A stretch of DNA of 64,000 nt from Felis catus. Its lineage: Eukaryota. The notes under the pieces are model-generated. The model did not search any database, was not told the origin of the DNA, and was given only the letters and a program-made list of their open reading frames with translations. Both the position numbers and the translations under genes were made by a program. Location: assembly GCF_018350175.1 (NCBI RefSeq), contig NC_058368.1, positions 141,362,001-141,426,000 of the forward strand, written 5' to 3'. Shown piece after piece: positions 48,700 through 63,025 of this stretch. Numbering within the stretch: the first letter of the stretch is position 1; every line of letters starts with the position of its first letter.

Positions 48700-50340
48700 T
48701 CCTATGATGTAACTAGCTGTGGATCTCTTTATATTTATCTTGCTTGTATTTTATTGAGCTTCTTGAAGTTTATTGAGCTTCCTGGATGTGTAGATTAATG
48801 TTTTTCATCAAATTTGGGAAGTTTTCAGCCATATCTCTAAATACTTCTATTCCTTTATTCATTCTCATCCTTCTGATATCCATATTATATGTTGGTATGC
48901 TTAATGTGTCCCCCATTTCTCTGAAGTTCTGTCATCTTTTTCTTTTCCTTTTTTTTTTTTTTTTTAGCTTACACAATTTATATCAACCTATTCTTCAGTT
49001 TGCAGATTCTTTTTTTCTGACAGTTCAAATCTGCTGTTGAAGCTCTCCAGTGACTTTTTCATTTTGGTTTTTAACTTTCCAAGTCCAAAGTTTCCTTTTT
49101 ATTCTGTTTCACAATTTTTGTCTCTTTATTGGTATGCTCTATTTGATGAGATGTTGTCATCACAGAATCTTTTACTTTTTTAAGGATAGCTTCCTTTAGC
49201 TCCTTGAACACATTTATAAAAGCTGCTTTGAACTCTGTGACATCCTATGTCTGGCATCCCTCATAGGTACTTTTCATTCATTCTTTCTTTTTTTTTAATT
49301 TATTTATTTAAATTCAAGTCAGTTAACATACAGTACAGTATGGGTTTCAGGAGTAGAACCCAGTGATTGATCACTTACATATAACACCCAGTACGCATCC
49401 CAACAAGTGCCCTCCTTTTTAAAAAATTTTTTAATGTTTTATTTATTTTTGAGACAGAGACAGAGCACTAGCAGGGGAGGGGCAGAAAGAGAGGGAGACA
49501 CAGAATCTGAAGCAGGCTGCAGGCTCTGAGCTGTCAGCACAGAACTCGAACTCACGAACCACGAGATCATGACCTGAGCTGAAGTCAGATGCTTAACCGA
49601 CTGAGCCACCCAGGCACCCCCAAGTGCCCTCCTTAATGCCCATCTCCCCACCCACCTCCTCTCCAGCAACCCTCACAGGTAGTTCCTATAAAACTGAACT
49701 TTTAGGTAATACAACTGTATCAACACTGGCTGCATATTCCTCTTTTTCTCTGGTGCTTATTTTTGTTGTTGTTTGCTTGTGTATTGATTTAGTGGTTAAA
49801 CTAAATCACTAAGGTAATAGACTTGTGGTTAGTTTAACAGACTATTCCTCATGTTCCCCAAACATATCCAGGCTACATGCATAGTATGAAAATTCTTCTG
49901 TAGCTCATCAGAGGGCAGAGCCTTCAGTATGGGACAGTCATCATTGAATGTTCGGTTTCGGCAGGGCTCTCTTTGTCTCTTTCCCCAATTTTTCTTTTAA
50001 GTGTTCCGCCCCTTTTGGTATTACAACCAGCTGTTAGTCTCCACTAATCATAGGCTGATTGTTTCTGACAATGCCCCAAGTAATTTATACTTTAAAGTAT
50101 GATCCAATAAAATTCAGACAAGGACAGTTTTTAAGGTCAGAATTTAAGGTTTGTTCTGTTCCCAGGAAAGCTCTTCTTAACTGCCTCTTTTCCTGGTTCT
50201 TTCTGGTGACTCTAAGATACCAGTTCCATTATATTTCTGGAGACCTCTCTCCTTAAAACTTCAAACTTCCTGCTCCCATTTGAGCAGGCCTGATGAATAT
50301 CCGTCACCCTGGGGTATAGTTTGCCATCTTCCTGGAATTC
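48700..50340 (-). mobile_element. Ancient L1M ORF1/5' region with a nested carnivore L1 3' end (~49285-49675)
   Basis: Antisense ORF1-like TTCATCAAATTTGGGAAGTTTTCAGCC; nested ...ACACCCAGT...AAGTGCCCTCCTTAATGCCCATC matches carnivore L1 3' UTR. Confidence 0.6.
49417..49620 (-). mobile_element. CanSINE nested in a carnivore L1 3' end
   Basis: TSD CAAGTGCCCTCCTT. Confidence 0.92.
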
Positions 50341-50356
50341 CCTTTTTTCCCACAGG

Positions 50357-50860
50357 TCCCAGAAATTCCACTCCTATGTATATAACCAAGAAAAATGAAA
50401 ACATATGTCTTCACAGAAATGTGTATTTATAGCACATATTAATAACAGGTAAAAGGGAGCAAAAACTAAAAGTCCATCAATTGGATAAATAAAATGAAAA
50501 TCCATAAATAGGGTATTATTCAGCAACTAATAGGAATTAAATGCTGATACATGCTACAACATGGATGAACCTTGAAAATATTATACTAAGGTAAGGTAGC
50601 CAGTCACAAAAGACCACCTACTGTATGACACGGAATAGGGAAATTTACAGAGACATAAAGTAGATTGGTGGTTGCTTAGGGCTGGGGGAAGTGGGTCAGA
50701 GCAATGGTAACTTTTTCTTGAGGTTGATAAACACATCTAAAATTGACTGTAATAATATGTGCACTTATCTGTAGATATATTAAAAAGCAATGAACTGTAG
50801 TACACCTTAAATGGGTAAACTGCATGTGACTTATATCTCAATCAAGCTATTTTAAAAATG
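50357..50860 (+). mobile_element. L1MB-like 3' end
   Basis: CCCAGAAATTCCACTCCT...ACATGGATGAACCTTGAAAA...TATATCTCAAT. Confidence 0.7.
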
Positions 50861-52268
50861 CAAATTATTAAAGATATTTATTGACAACTTCAAGTTGTCA
50901 CTGAATCTTGCTACTCTACCAACATAGGTGAGTAACTCTTAAATAGAACCTGTGGAAGAACTTCCCCACACATCTCAATGACCAGGATTGGTTCTCCTTC
51001 TCGTTTCTAAAAAAATCACTAGTATGAACTGGGATAACCACATTAAATTAGTTCATGATTTACCTCATGGCAGATGAGTAAATATCTAAACAAAATTAGA
51101 GTTCTGACAAAACCAGTAAAGATGGTTAATAGCCATTGCATGGGCTAACAATAATCTTTACTACAAACTTACTTAACATTTTCAGGTTTCAATCCCTTTC
51201 TACTACCTTATGAGTTTAGCAAGAGAAAGAGCTACATTTTACAGATGATAGAACTGAGTCACAAACATGTGAAATAACTCAATCATGGTTAATGCTGTCT
51301 GTTAAGTAATGGAGCTACGACTCAAACCCCAGTTTTTCTGACTCAAGATTTTAAATAAGAATTTAAAAAATCATACCCCTATTAATTAGGATTTGTATTA
51401 AACAAAGTATCACTTATAATTTTTAGAACCTCCCTCTGAAAGATCCTCTAGATCATAATTCTTATTTAAAGCTCTTTTTTATTTCCCCTTTAACAAATAC
51501 AACCAGTTCCTTTTCTCCAGGTGACCTTTTTTCAACACACTCCATTGCACCAGTATATCCTGAGCTCTCACTCAAACAAGGAATTGTTCAGCTAAGGAAT
51601 TTGTATTCCTACTAAAGAGTGTATTGTATACTTCATGGAATTAAGCAGAATATAGAATTTTAAACGAAGTTCTTGGTCTCTATCTCTAATGGCTTTTCAT
51701 TCATAATTACAGGATTTATAATGAGTGCATTGGTGATGATAGAAATCCACCATAACATTTTCCATTGTGTGAATGACTTTTATTTAATGACTTATTAATC
51801 AACCACAGTCAGGCAATAGTGTATCACATTAAATCTCTGAACAACACAAGCAAAGAATTTTTATTTTCTGTGTATCCCGTGGAGTAATCTTTAGCAATAT
51901 GAATCTGTTCAAACATCTATCCACAGTTCTATCACATGTGCAGTTCTATTAGTAAAGGTCAGCTTAGGTTAGTTCACTGTCAGCAGCTAGAAAGTTGCAA
52001 GAATAGATGAGCTTAATTGCTTTATTGTTACTATCACTGTGCCTGTTTAGAATTCTGGTACATAAAACTTCTCAGATACTAAATCTCCATTTAGGTTACC
52101 AAGAAGAATTACTTAAGTTTGGATTCTTACCCACAAGCCACCCTAATTATTAATACTATAGATGAGCACATTTAAGACACTTCATAAATCAGTAACAGGT
52201 AATGTGTATTATAATTACATTACCACCTATTCCACTTCTACCATCCTTAGGGGTTCAGAAAGTTAATC

Positions 52269-52479
52269 TTTTTTTAACGTTTTATTTATTTTTGAGAAAG
52301 AGAGAGACAGAGCATGAACGGGGGAGGGGCAGAGAGAGAGGGAGACACAGAATCGGAAGCAGGCTCCAGGCTCTGAGCTGTCAGCCCAGAGCCCGACGCG
52401 GGGCTCGAACTCACGGACCGCGAGATCGTGACCTGAGCTGAAGTCGGCCGCTTAACCGACTGCGCCACCCAGGCGCCCC
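52269..52479 (-). mobile_element. Young CanSINE (SINEC_Fc-type)
   Basis: TSD CAGAAAGTTAATC at 52256-52268 and 52480-52492; CpGs intact. Confidence 0.95.
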
Positions 52480-52662
52480 CAGAAAGTTAATCAATCAATG
52501 AATAAAATATTCCATTGAGCATACTAGCCAGTAACTGTCAATACAGAACAAGAGTATTATATATTTAGCTAGGTTAAATGAGGAAAAACTAAAATGAATT
52601 TATAATTTTTCTGGTTTACTTGTTCATCTAGAACAGTAATTGTTCATAATCCCTTTTAATTA

Positions 52663-52831
52663 TAGTAATTCTTAACTTTGTAACACACTAGAATCACTTG
52701 GAGAGCTTCAAAAAATTATAGTAGATTCCACCCAGAATATATGTAACTGGGATAGGGAGCAACCTGGGCATCAGATTTTTAAAAATTCACCAGATGAGTT
52801 TAAGATGCGCAAAAGTTCAGAAAAGCCATGC
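52663..52831. mobile_element. MER5A-like element
   Basis: TAGAATCACTTGGAGAGCTT...CCTGGGCATCAGATTTTTAAAA. Confidence 0.6.
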
Positions 52832-52927
52832 TCTGTAATTGTGTGTGTTCATACACACACATGAGTATGCATGCTGGGAGTAGTTACAAAGAGACCAAGA
52901 ACAATGTGAAGTTTTTAGGACATAAAA

Positions 52928-53088
52928 TCGAGCCCCACGTTGGGCTCTGAGCTGGCAGCACAGAGCCTGCTTGGGATTCTCTCTCCCTCTCTCTCTGCCC
53001 CTCCCCTGCTTGCACTTTCTCTCTCTCGCTCTTCCATCTCTTTCTCTCACTCTCTGAAAATAAACATTTAAAAAACTAAATAAATAAT
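52928..53088 (+). mobile_element. 5'-truncated CanSINE
   Basis: Begins at TCGAGCCCCACG; flanking ATAAAAT(C/T)GAGC. Confidence 0.8.
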
Positions 53089-53329
53089 AAAATTGAGCTT
53101 GTGACCCCAACTTTCCTAGGAGTAAAAGCCTTATTAAAATTCTGAAAATAGAAGTCAGTAATTAATATATAAATACATTATCATATTGAACACTCACATA
53201 TAATATTCTTGCTGTGTGCCAAGGCTTGTTTCAAACCCCCAGGGAATCTTAAGTAGCAGTGGAAAATTTCTGATTAAGGCATAATAAAAAGGTTTATAAA
53301 TTTCTTATTGATTGAAAGTAAAGGCTCCT

Positions 53330-53562
53330 GGGGCGCCTGGGTGGCACAGTCGGTTAAGCGTCCGACTTCAGCCAGGTCACGATCTCGCGGCCCGTGAGTT
53401 CGAGCCCCGTGTCAGGCTCTGGGCTAATGGCTCGGAGCCTGGAGCCTGTTTCCGATTCTGTTTGTCTCCCTCTCTCTCTGCCCCTCCCCCGTTCATGCTC
53501 TGTCTCTCTCTGTCCCAAAAATAAACAAACGTTGAAAAAAAAAATTTTTTTTAATAAAAAAA
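53330..53562 (+). mobile_element. Young CanSINE (SINEC_Fc-type)
   Basis: TSD GAAAGTAAAGGCTCCT at 53314-53329 and 53563-53578. Confidence 0.95.
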
Positions 53563-55235
53563 GAAAGTAAAGGCTCCTTTAAGTAATTATGATTTTATTT
53601 CATAGATGTTGGCTAAAACACATTTAAGTGATTGGTATATAATAATATATATGAATTTGTTCCACTTCTATATTCTTGCAGTGATCAACTTCCTGTCAAC
53701 TATATATCATATGTACTTTTTTACATAGCTTTTTCTGTTAACCCCTAACTAATGAAACTTTATAAAGATTCCAGAGCCTAAGTCATGGAGTCTGATATCT
53801 TATTACTGCTTGGCAATCTACAGATCTGTGCACCTGCTCGTGATAGCCTGAATTCTTCATTGGCATTGCCTTTCTAATGTTGCTAGTGATCAGCATTTAC
53901 CATATAACTAAATTAGCTCTTAAACTTAAAATCTGTAATGCAACTTCTTCCTTCCAAGATTAGAAAATAACAGCAGAAAAATTCACAGTTGTCTAGATAC
54001 AGCGCCATATCTACAGATCCTAAAACGATCTTTTTCTCCAATTAGCAAAGGGTTTCCCTGGGAACTAAATTACTATTCCTCATTAATCCACCTGCCTTCT
54101 TCCTCCTTACACTGAATGAAGGAATAGAAATTATTTTGCACACAATATTAAAGATGACATAAAGAAGTTGCTTAGTTTTTTTCAAAACTAGCCCTTTAAA
54201 AGGGCTATTTATACCTTTTTTCCTTTATAAAAATTTAAACATACATTAAAAGAACAATTTCCCAAAATTCAATAATTTCCACACAGTAGTTGCCAGATTT
54301 TAAGTATGCTTTTTAAATGTTCATGAGCCCAATTTATTTTTCTAGCTCCTTTGATTACAAAAAGACCTTCCTCCCTCTACCCTGGGAATAGCCAAATTTT
54401 TATACCCTTTGCACATGCCCACAGATGGCTTTTATCAATCAATGACTGCTTAATAATTTATTTTATCTTGCTTTACAAAAACTTTAATTTTTTTCTTTCT
54501 TTTACTGTAAGAGTTAAAGTTTCCCTACATGAGTTATGCTAATAGTTTTATATATTAGCATAATGGAAAAATTGCACTTCTTAAAATTTTTTTCATAAAA
54601 TTATAGCACAATTAAAGAAAATTGGGAAAACATGAAAGGAAAGAGCACCTACAATCTTACCATAATTTACATGGTTCTTACCATTTTCATGGTTCCTTTC
54701 CAACCTTTCTTTCTGTACATTTATTTCTACACATAATCACACTGTACATTCACTTTTGTACCCTGTCTTTTCCAATTACTACAATCTAAACAGTCTTCAT
54801 GTTATTACATAATAGTGACAAATTGGAAAAAATCTAAATATCCAATAATAGGGAGTGGTTAAAATATGATAATATATATCAGAAAGATTGTCAAATGACC
54901 CTTAAAAATGAGGATCCCTTATTCAAGAAATTTATATTTGTTGGCACTTAGTGGCATGTCAATAGATATTTGTTGAATATTAATGTCTATAATGTTAGAA
55001 GGTTATATAATGATAAGATTATATAATGATAAGCAAAAGTAGATAGACATGGTATTGGTACTCACAGAGCTTTTATATTTTATAGTCTTGTGAAAAAGAT
55101 GATGAAATAGCTACATTTATGGTTAGTGCTATATAAGAAAGGAGCATGGTTCTATGAAAGCAAACAATAAGGTAACCTGACTGACATGGAGTGATATGTT
55201 AAGGTAAGCATCATTAATTAAAAATGTGACCTTTG

Positions 55236-55356
55236 GGGGTGCCTGGCTGACTCAGTTAACTGGAAGAGCGTGAGACTCTTGATCTTGGGGTTGTGAAGTT
55301 GAGCCCCAAGTTGGATGCAGAGATTACTAAAAAAAATTAAATAAACTTAAAAAAAG
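55236..55356 (+). mobile_element. Short tRNA-like carnivore SINE lacking the CT tract
   Basis: tRNA-derived head, GAGATTACT, A tail; TSD ATGTGACCTTTG. Confidence 0.8.
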
Positions 55357-57261
55357 ATGTGACCTTTGAACTGAGGTCTGAAGAATGGAAAGAAGTTAAG
55401 CAGCAGAATGGATAAAATTACATCTTCTTTATCCATTCATCAGTCAATGGACATTTGGTCTCTTTCCATAAATTAGCTATTGTTAACAATGCTGTTATAA
55501 ACATCAGGGTGCATGTATCCCTTTGAATCAGTATTTTTGTATCTTTTGGGTAAATAGTAGTGCAATTGCTGGACCATAGGGTAGTTCGATTTCTAATTTT
55601 TTAAGGAACCTCCACATTTCTTTCTAGAGTGGCTACACCAGTTTGCATTCCCACCAACAGTTTAAGAGAGTTCCCCTTTCTCCACACCCTCAACACCAGT
55701 TGTTTCCTGTGTTGTTAACTGTAGTCATTATGATCAGTGTGAGGTTATATCTCATTCTAGTTTTGATTTGGATTTCCCTGATGCTAAGTGATGATGAGCA
55801 TTTTTTCATGTGTCTGTTGGCTATGTGAATGTCTTCTTTAGAGATATGTCTGTTCATATCTTCTGCCCATTTTTAAATTAGGTTATTTGCTTTTGGGGCA
55901 TTGAGTTTTAGAAGTTCTTTATATTTTTCAATACTAACCCATTATCAGATATGTCATTTGCAAATATCTTCTCCCATGCCAAAGGCCTCTTTTTAATTTT
56001 ATTGATAGTTTCCTTTGTTACACAGAAGCTTTTATTCTTGAGTAAGTCCCAATAGCTTATTTTTGCTTTTGTTTCCCTTACTTCAGGAGACCTATCTAGT
56101 AAGAAGTCGCAAACAGCCAAGGTCAAAGAAGTTGTTGCCTGTGTTTTCCTCTAGGATTTTGATGGTTTCCTGTCTTACATTATTAGGACTCTTATCCATT
56201 TTGAATTTGTTTTTGTGTATGGTGGAAGAAAGTGGTCCAGTTTCTTTGTTTTGGATGTCGTTGTCCAGTTTTCCCAATACCATTTGTTGAAGAGACTTTT
56301 TTCCATTGGATATTCTTTCCTGCTTTGTTAAAGATTAGTTGACCATATAGCTGTGGGTCCATTTCTGGGTTTTCTGTTCTGTTCCACTGATCTATGTGTC
56401 TGTTTTTGTGCCAGTACTATACTGTCTTGATTACCACAGCTTTGTAATATAACTTGAAGTCCAGAATTGGGATGCCTCCAGTTTTGCTTTTCTTTTTCAA
56501 GATTGTTTTGACTATTTGGGGTCTTTTAAGAAACTACAAAATTTGAGAAGTGTTTCTTCCGGGTCTATGAAAAATGCTGTTGGTATTTTGACAGGGATTG
56601 CATTAAATGTGTAGACTGCTTGGGGCAGTATGGACAATATTTGTTCTTCCAATTCATGATCACGGAATGTCTTTCCATTTCTTTGTGTCATCTTCAATTT
56701 CTTTCATAAGTGTTTTATAGTTTTTAGAATATAGATCTTTTTAGTTAGGTTTATTCCTAGGTATCTTATTTTTTTGGTGCAATTGTAAATGGAATTATTT
56801 CCTTAATTTATTTTCTTGCTTCTTCATAACTGGTATATAAAATGCAATAGATTTCTGCACACTAATCTTGTATCCTGCAACTTTACTGAATTCATGTATC
56901 AGTTCTAGCAGGTTTTTGGTAGAGTCTTTCAGGATTTGTACATAAAGTATCATGTCATTTGCAAATAGTCAAAGTTTTACTCTTTCTTTACCAATATGGA
57001 TGCCTTTTACTTCTTTGTGTTGTTTGATTGCTATGGCTAGGCCTGCCAAAACTATGTTGAATATAACTAGTGAAAGTGAACATTCCTGCCCTATTGCTGA
57101 ACTTAGGGGAAAAGCTCTCAGTTTCTCCCCACTGAGGACAATGTTAGCTCTGGGTTTTTCATATATGGCCTTTATTATATTGAGGTATGTCCCTCAAAAC
57201 CTACTTTGTTGAGGATTTTTTAAAATAATGAATGGATGTTGTATGTTTTCAAATGCTTTTT

Positions 57262-57456
57262 ATTTTTTTTTTTAAGTTTATTTATTTATTTTTGAGAGAG
57301 ACAGAGATAGCATGTGAGCAGGGGAGGGGAAGAGAGAGAGGGAAAAAGAGAGAATCCCAAGCAGGCTCCGGGCTCAAGCCCATGAAATCGTGAGATCATG
57401 ACCTGAGCCAAAACCAAGAGTCAGACACTTAACTGACTGAGCCATCCAGGCACCCC
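57262..57456 (-). mobile_element. CanSINE nested in L1
   Basis: TSD AAATGCTTTTT. Confidence 0.88.
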
Positions 57457-57687
57457 ATAAAATGCTTTTTCTATGTCTACTGAAAGGATCGCATGATTCT
57501 TATGTTTTCTCCCACTGATGTAGTATATCATGTTGATTGATTTGTGAACACTGAACCACCCTTGCAATCCAAGAATAAATCCCACTTGATTGTGGTGAAT
57601 GATTTTTTTAATGTATTGTTTAATTCTGTTTGCAACTATTTTATTGAGGATTTTTTCATCCATGTTCATCATGTATATTGGCCTGTA

Positions 57688-57691
<4 letters not shown>

Positions 57692-57734
<43 letters not shown>
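57692..57734. repeat. (TC)n microsatellite
   Basis: About 21 uninterrupted TC units. Confidence 0.95.
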
Positions 57735-57737
<3 letters not shown>

Positions 57738-58469
57738 GAGTCTTTATCTGGTTTTGGTATCAGGGTAATGCTGGCCTCATTGAATGAATTTGGAAGTTTT
57801 CCTTCCTTTTCTACTTTTTTGGAATAGTTTGAAAAGAATGGGTATTAACTCTTCTCTAAATGTTTGGTAGAATTCATCTGTGAAGTTTTCTGGTCCTGCT
57901 CTTTTGTTTGTTGGGAGTTTTTTGATTACTGTTTAATTTCCTTGATGGTTATGGTCTGTTCAAATTTTATATTTCTTCCTGTTTTGGTTTTCATAGTTTA
58001 TGTTTCTAGGAACTTAACAATTTCTTCAAGGTTGTTCAACTTGTTGGCATATAGTTTTTCATAATATTCTCTTATTGTATTTCTGTGGTGTTGGTTGTTA
58101 TTTCTCCTCTCTTATTTGATATTTGAGTCCTTTTTCTTTTTTTCTTGATAAGTCTGGCTAGAGAATTATCAATATTATTGATTTTTTCAAAGAACCAGCT
58201 CCTGCTTTCATTGATCTGTTCTATTGTTTTTTAGTTTCTATGTCATTTATTTCTGCTCTAATCTTTAGTATTTCCTTCCTTCTGCTGGCTTAAGTTTTTG
58301 TTTATTGTTCTTTTCCTAGCTCCTTCAGGCGTAAGGTTAGGTTATTTGATATTTTTCTTGCTTCTTGAGGTCAGCCTGTATTGCTATAAATTTCCCTCTT
58401 AGAACCACTTTGGTACATTCTAACGGTTTTGGAAAGTTGTGTTTTCATTTTTGTTTCCATGTACTTTTT

Positions 58470-58679
58470 TTTAAAGTTTATTTATTTATTTTGAGAGAGT
58501 GTGAGCTCATGTGTGCATCAACAGGGGAAGGGCAGAGAGAGGGAGAGAGAGAACCCCAAGAACACTCTGTGCCATCAGCATGGAGCCTGACACAGGGCTC
58601 AATCCCACAAACCAGGAGACCATGACCTGAGCCAAAATTAAGTGTTGAATGCTCAACTGACTGAGCCATGCAGTGCCCC
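58470..58679 (-). mobile_element. CanSINE nested in L1
   Basis: TSD TGTTTCCATGTACTTTTT. Confidence 0.9.
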
Positions 58680-58803
58680 ATGTTTCCATGTACTTTTTGA
58701 TTTCTTCTTTGGTTTTTTTGGTTGACCCATTCATTGTTCAGAAGCATGTTATTTAACCTCCATGTATTTTTGGTCTTTTCAGATTTTTTCTTGTGGTTGA
58801 CTT

Positions 58804-59017
58804 TCTTTTTTTAATTTTTTTTAATGTTTATTCATTTTTGAGAGACAGAGCACGAGTGAGGGAGGGGCAGAGAGAGAGGGAGACACAGAATTCGAAGCAG
58901 GCTCCAGGCTCTGAACTGTTGGCACACAGCCTGACACACGGTTCAAACTCATGAATGACGAGATCATGACCTGAGCCAAAATCAGATGCTTAATTGATTG
59001 AGCCACCCAGGCACTCC
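58804..59017 (-). mobile_element. CanSINE nested in L1
   Basis: TSD TCTTGTGGTTGACTT. Confidence 0.9.
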
Positions 59018-61204
59018 TCTTGTGGTTGACTTCTAATTTCATAGCATTGTGGTCAGAAAAGATGCATGCTATGACTCCAATCTTCTTAAATTTATTGAGG
59101 GTGGTTTTGTGGGCTAATATGTGATCTAGTCTGGAGAATGTTTTGTGTGCACTTGAAAAAAATGTGTATTTTGTTCTTTTAGGATGAAATATTCCAAATA
59201 TATCTTAAGTGCATCTGGTCCAGTGTGTCATTCAAAGCCAGTGTTTCCTTGTTGGTTTTATGCTTAGATGATCTGTCCAATGATGTAAGTGGGGTGTATA
59301 GTCCCCTACTAGTATTGTATTATTATCTATTAGTTCCTTCATGTTTGTTACTGTTTTATGTATTTGGGTGCTTCCATGTTGGGTGCATACATATTTACAG
59401 CTATTATATCTTCTTGTAGGGCTGTCCTCTTTATTGTTACACAGTGTCCTTCTTTGTCTCTTGTTACATTGTTTTAAAGTCTATTTTGTCTGATACAGGT
59501 ATTGCTACTCTGGCTTTCTTTTGACATCCATTTCCATGATAGATGTTTCTCCATCCCCTTACTTTGAATCTGTAGGTGACTTTAGGTCTAATGTGATTCT
59601 CCTTTAGGCAGCTTATAGATAGGTCTCTTTTTTTTTAATCCATAGGACATTAATTTTTGTATTCACTTTACTAAGTAATTAACATTATATTAAATTGAAG
59701 GTACAGGTTGCTATTTAACTCTAAGTACTTAGTCTTTGTTCTTTCCAAATTTAACCTACCCACTGCTGTATCAAATTATCTCTAACTTAATGTACTAAGA
59801 AATTCAAACAAAATATTTATTGAGACATAATTATTTAAGTTTCAACTTGAAAATAGCTTCTTGTGAAAGCTTAGAGCAGATTTAAAATTTCTGCCTAAAA
59901 CAATACTGATAAATAGCCTGGTTTGCATCTAGATTAAGTAATTTCCAAGTTTTTAAAAATCTTTTCTTTTTCATCTTTATTAAATAAGTTTGTATTTTTA
60001 TGTTAAATATGCAGCCCATGCCAAAAATGTTCCAATTCTGGGCATGTACTTTAACTTTTTCATGAGTTTTTAGTTATAACTTTCATGGTAACAAAAAATA
60101 TGAAATCTTTTCTGGTATCTATCATATACAGACACATACAAAAAAGGTATCACATTCGAAATTCTAGAAGATTAGTTAATCTAAGACCCTGGATTACTCA
60201 CTGAAAATATTAAAGCACTTTACTTTTTCAATATATTTCAATATGTTTTTCTAGTACATTACTTTTTTTTATTTTTTAGTAAATTAAAGAAAAACAACTT
60301 TAAAAATTTAGATCCCTAAATTACTTTCCTTGAAGTCTCTTAGAGTGTTATTTTCAGAGTATCCATGCATAGCCTCACTGGGAAAAAATGCCTAATTGAA
60401 GAACTAACAATCATAAGAGAAAACCAGGATAATTATCTATCTTGGACTTTGGGTGTGAGATCATTCTCTGACTGGGTTCCAGGCCCATTTAGAATGCTTT
60501 GATTAAATAAAATCAGATTTGTTAATTTAGAAACCACAGATATAATGTGAAAAATATCTACTCTAATAAATAAGTGTGCATTGACAATATCTTAGTAATT
60601 GCTTTGGCATTCATTATTCTAGAGTCCAAATGCTTCTATGCTAGGACTGATAACAGTATTTTTGTCTAAAGATCTTTAAACTCTTTTCCACCATTAACCC
60701 ATTAATTTTCACACTTTCTCTGTGAGGCAGTAAGATCTAAGTATGGTTAGCTTAATTTTCCACATGAAAAAACCAAATCAACCACAAATGAATTTCCTAA
60801 AAGTCACACATGCAGTGAAACAGAGCTCAAAGACTGGAAACTCAACTGAGTAAGTAAGAAGTGCTTTAAACACTGGTATACACAGAATGACCATCTCCAT
60901 CACCAAATTTACTAGCCTTATTCCCTTGTAATCAAATCTTTCCTCACTTTCTCCCATCCCGCTCTTCCTCTGCTGCTGATCCATCCTGGAAAGAAACTTT
61001 CTTTCACATCTGAACCCCATAAAACTGCAGGTCACTTTGCTCCCTATGCCCCATCATTATGGAGTATGCCATAGGTATTAAAAAGAGCCACTTGAAGGTA
61101 AGTGGGTTCAGATAATATTTGAGGGGATTATATGTAGTAGTATTTAACATAGCAAGACCTAACGATAGTCTTTATTAAAAAAAAAAAAAAACAGCAGAGA
61201 ATTT

Positions 61205-61400
61205 GGTTTGATAATGGAGTTTAGAGTCTGACAAACTTGGATATTAATCCACTTCTGCCACTTACCCTGAATTTAAACAATTTACCTAACCTTTTTGAAT
61301 CTCAGCTTCCTCACCTGTAACATGGAAATCTATTTCTTTGTAGGTTTGTTAATATAATTGCTAAGATTATATAAACCATGAGCATTATATAAAATACCTA
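61205..61400 (+). mobile_element. MIR
   Basis: TCTGCCACTTAC...TCTCAGCTTCCTCACCTGTAA core. Confidence 0.6.
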
Positions 61401-61859
61401 AGATGTTACTGGAATTTAATTTTTAAAAAAGCCAGCAGTTTTCAGGAGAATTGAACAAATGGAATTATTTGGACTACGATCTTTGGAGTCATGATATCTG
61501 ACTATCTTATACTGTCCCAATAATTAGATAATTACTTCGTTTTCCATTTTATGTTCTTAATATACACCTTACTATATAATGTATGCCTATAACTGTTATA
61601 AACTTATTTCTGTCCATCCATCTATATAGCAGGAAAATGATTAGTTGTTATAACCATTCTCCAATGAGGAAAAAATATCATCAAACTGTACTCTTCTAGA
61701 CAACTCAAATTCTCCCGGTTTCTACATGCCCTTGTTTAATTGCTCCCACCTACCTTAATTATCAGCCTGGGTGCAACCATGGACTACCAAAATTCAGGAC
61801 TTTGAGGTAGGGATTCTGATAAGGCAGATGGGCTGAGTATAAAGAAAAAATTATGGACA

Positions 61860-62053
61860 GGGGCCCCTGAGTGGCTCAGTTGGTTAAGCATCTGCCTTCA
61901 GCTCATGACCTCATGGTTTGTGAGGTCAAGCCCCACCTTTGGCTCTGTGCTGACAGCTCAGAGCCTGGAGCCTGCTTTGGATTCTGTGTGTGTCTCTCTC
62001 TGTCCCTCCCCCATTCATGCTCTGTCTCTTTCTCTCTCACTAATAAACATTAA
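61860..62053 (+). mobile_element. CanSINE
   Basis: TSD AAAAAATTATGGA. Confidence 0.9.
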
Positions 62054-62714
62054 AAAAAATTATGGATAAAATGACAAGATACAATCATAGCATTTGAGAA
62101 CTGAAAAGGGCCTTTGTAATAATTCACCAAATCTCCTTTTCCACAGATGAGGAAACTAAATTATGACCAAACCCAGTACCTAGAATTGAAGTTGTAATCC
62201 ATTACTCATTCAATTTTATCACTTGATGTCTTTTCTTACTTACTCACTACAAAGACTCATAAAAGACTTCTAATCCACAAGCATGCTAAGGTGAAGTGAA
62301 GTGAAATGGAGAAAGGTGAGGAGGGGAGAAAATAGATTAGAAAGAAGTATGTTGCCTGGGCAACTCTCCATTTAAAAAAATACTCATAACTACCTGAAAA
62401 CATACATTCTTCATCCTTGTAAATCCCCTATGCCTCCACAACACCTCACTGGCTGCAACTCCTTAATACCACCTGAGTTTCTAGTCCTCAATCCCTAACC
62501 TGTGGAGGTTTTCTATGCCAGAAGACTCTGGCTACCCTATGAGTCTAGACCAAACAAATTGGTATTGCCCCTAGGCTCCCTATTATCCCCCCAAATTCTC
62601 TTTAGGATACAAAATACTTGGTTCCCTAGATAATAATGGGGAGAAACCACCCATCAGCCCAATAAAAATGTTGTATCAAAACTACAAACATTAATTCCAA
62701 GTGAGTAATTTTCC

Positions 62715-63025
62715 AAGTCCACAGTCCTTTATCTTTAATTCCAAAATCCAAAAAGCTCCCCAAACTGAAAATTTTCTTAGCTCATTTGGTGGCAAAACTT
62801 CACCTGACCCGACCACACTCTGTGGGGGGGAAAACAACAACAACAAACTTACCTAAATTAACCTGAGGCTTTTTATCGTCTTGACTTATCTATCACATGT
62901 GAATATTCATGTATTTTACTGCAGAAATAAAAGTATGTCGATTATGTATGCTGTGCTGTCCAAAAGGATATTTTCTGAAATATATCTAGCACTAAGGATT
63001 TCAGATAAGGCATTACGAGCCTTAT
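62715..63025. mobile_element. Ancient TcMar-Tigger-like element
   Basis: TCCACAGTCCTTTATC...CAAAATCCAAAAAGCTC start and TTCAGATAAGG end are loosely complementary. Confidence 0.45.

Larger units (their letters stand above)
55420..59643 (-). mobile_element. Carnivore L1 ORF2 fragment with three nested CanSINEs
   Basis: Antisense ORF2 peptides in the ORF track ([43 protein letters not shown]). Confidence 0.88.
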
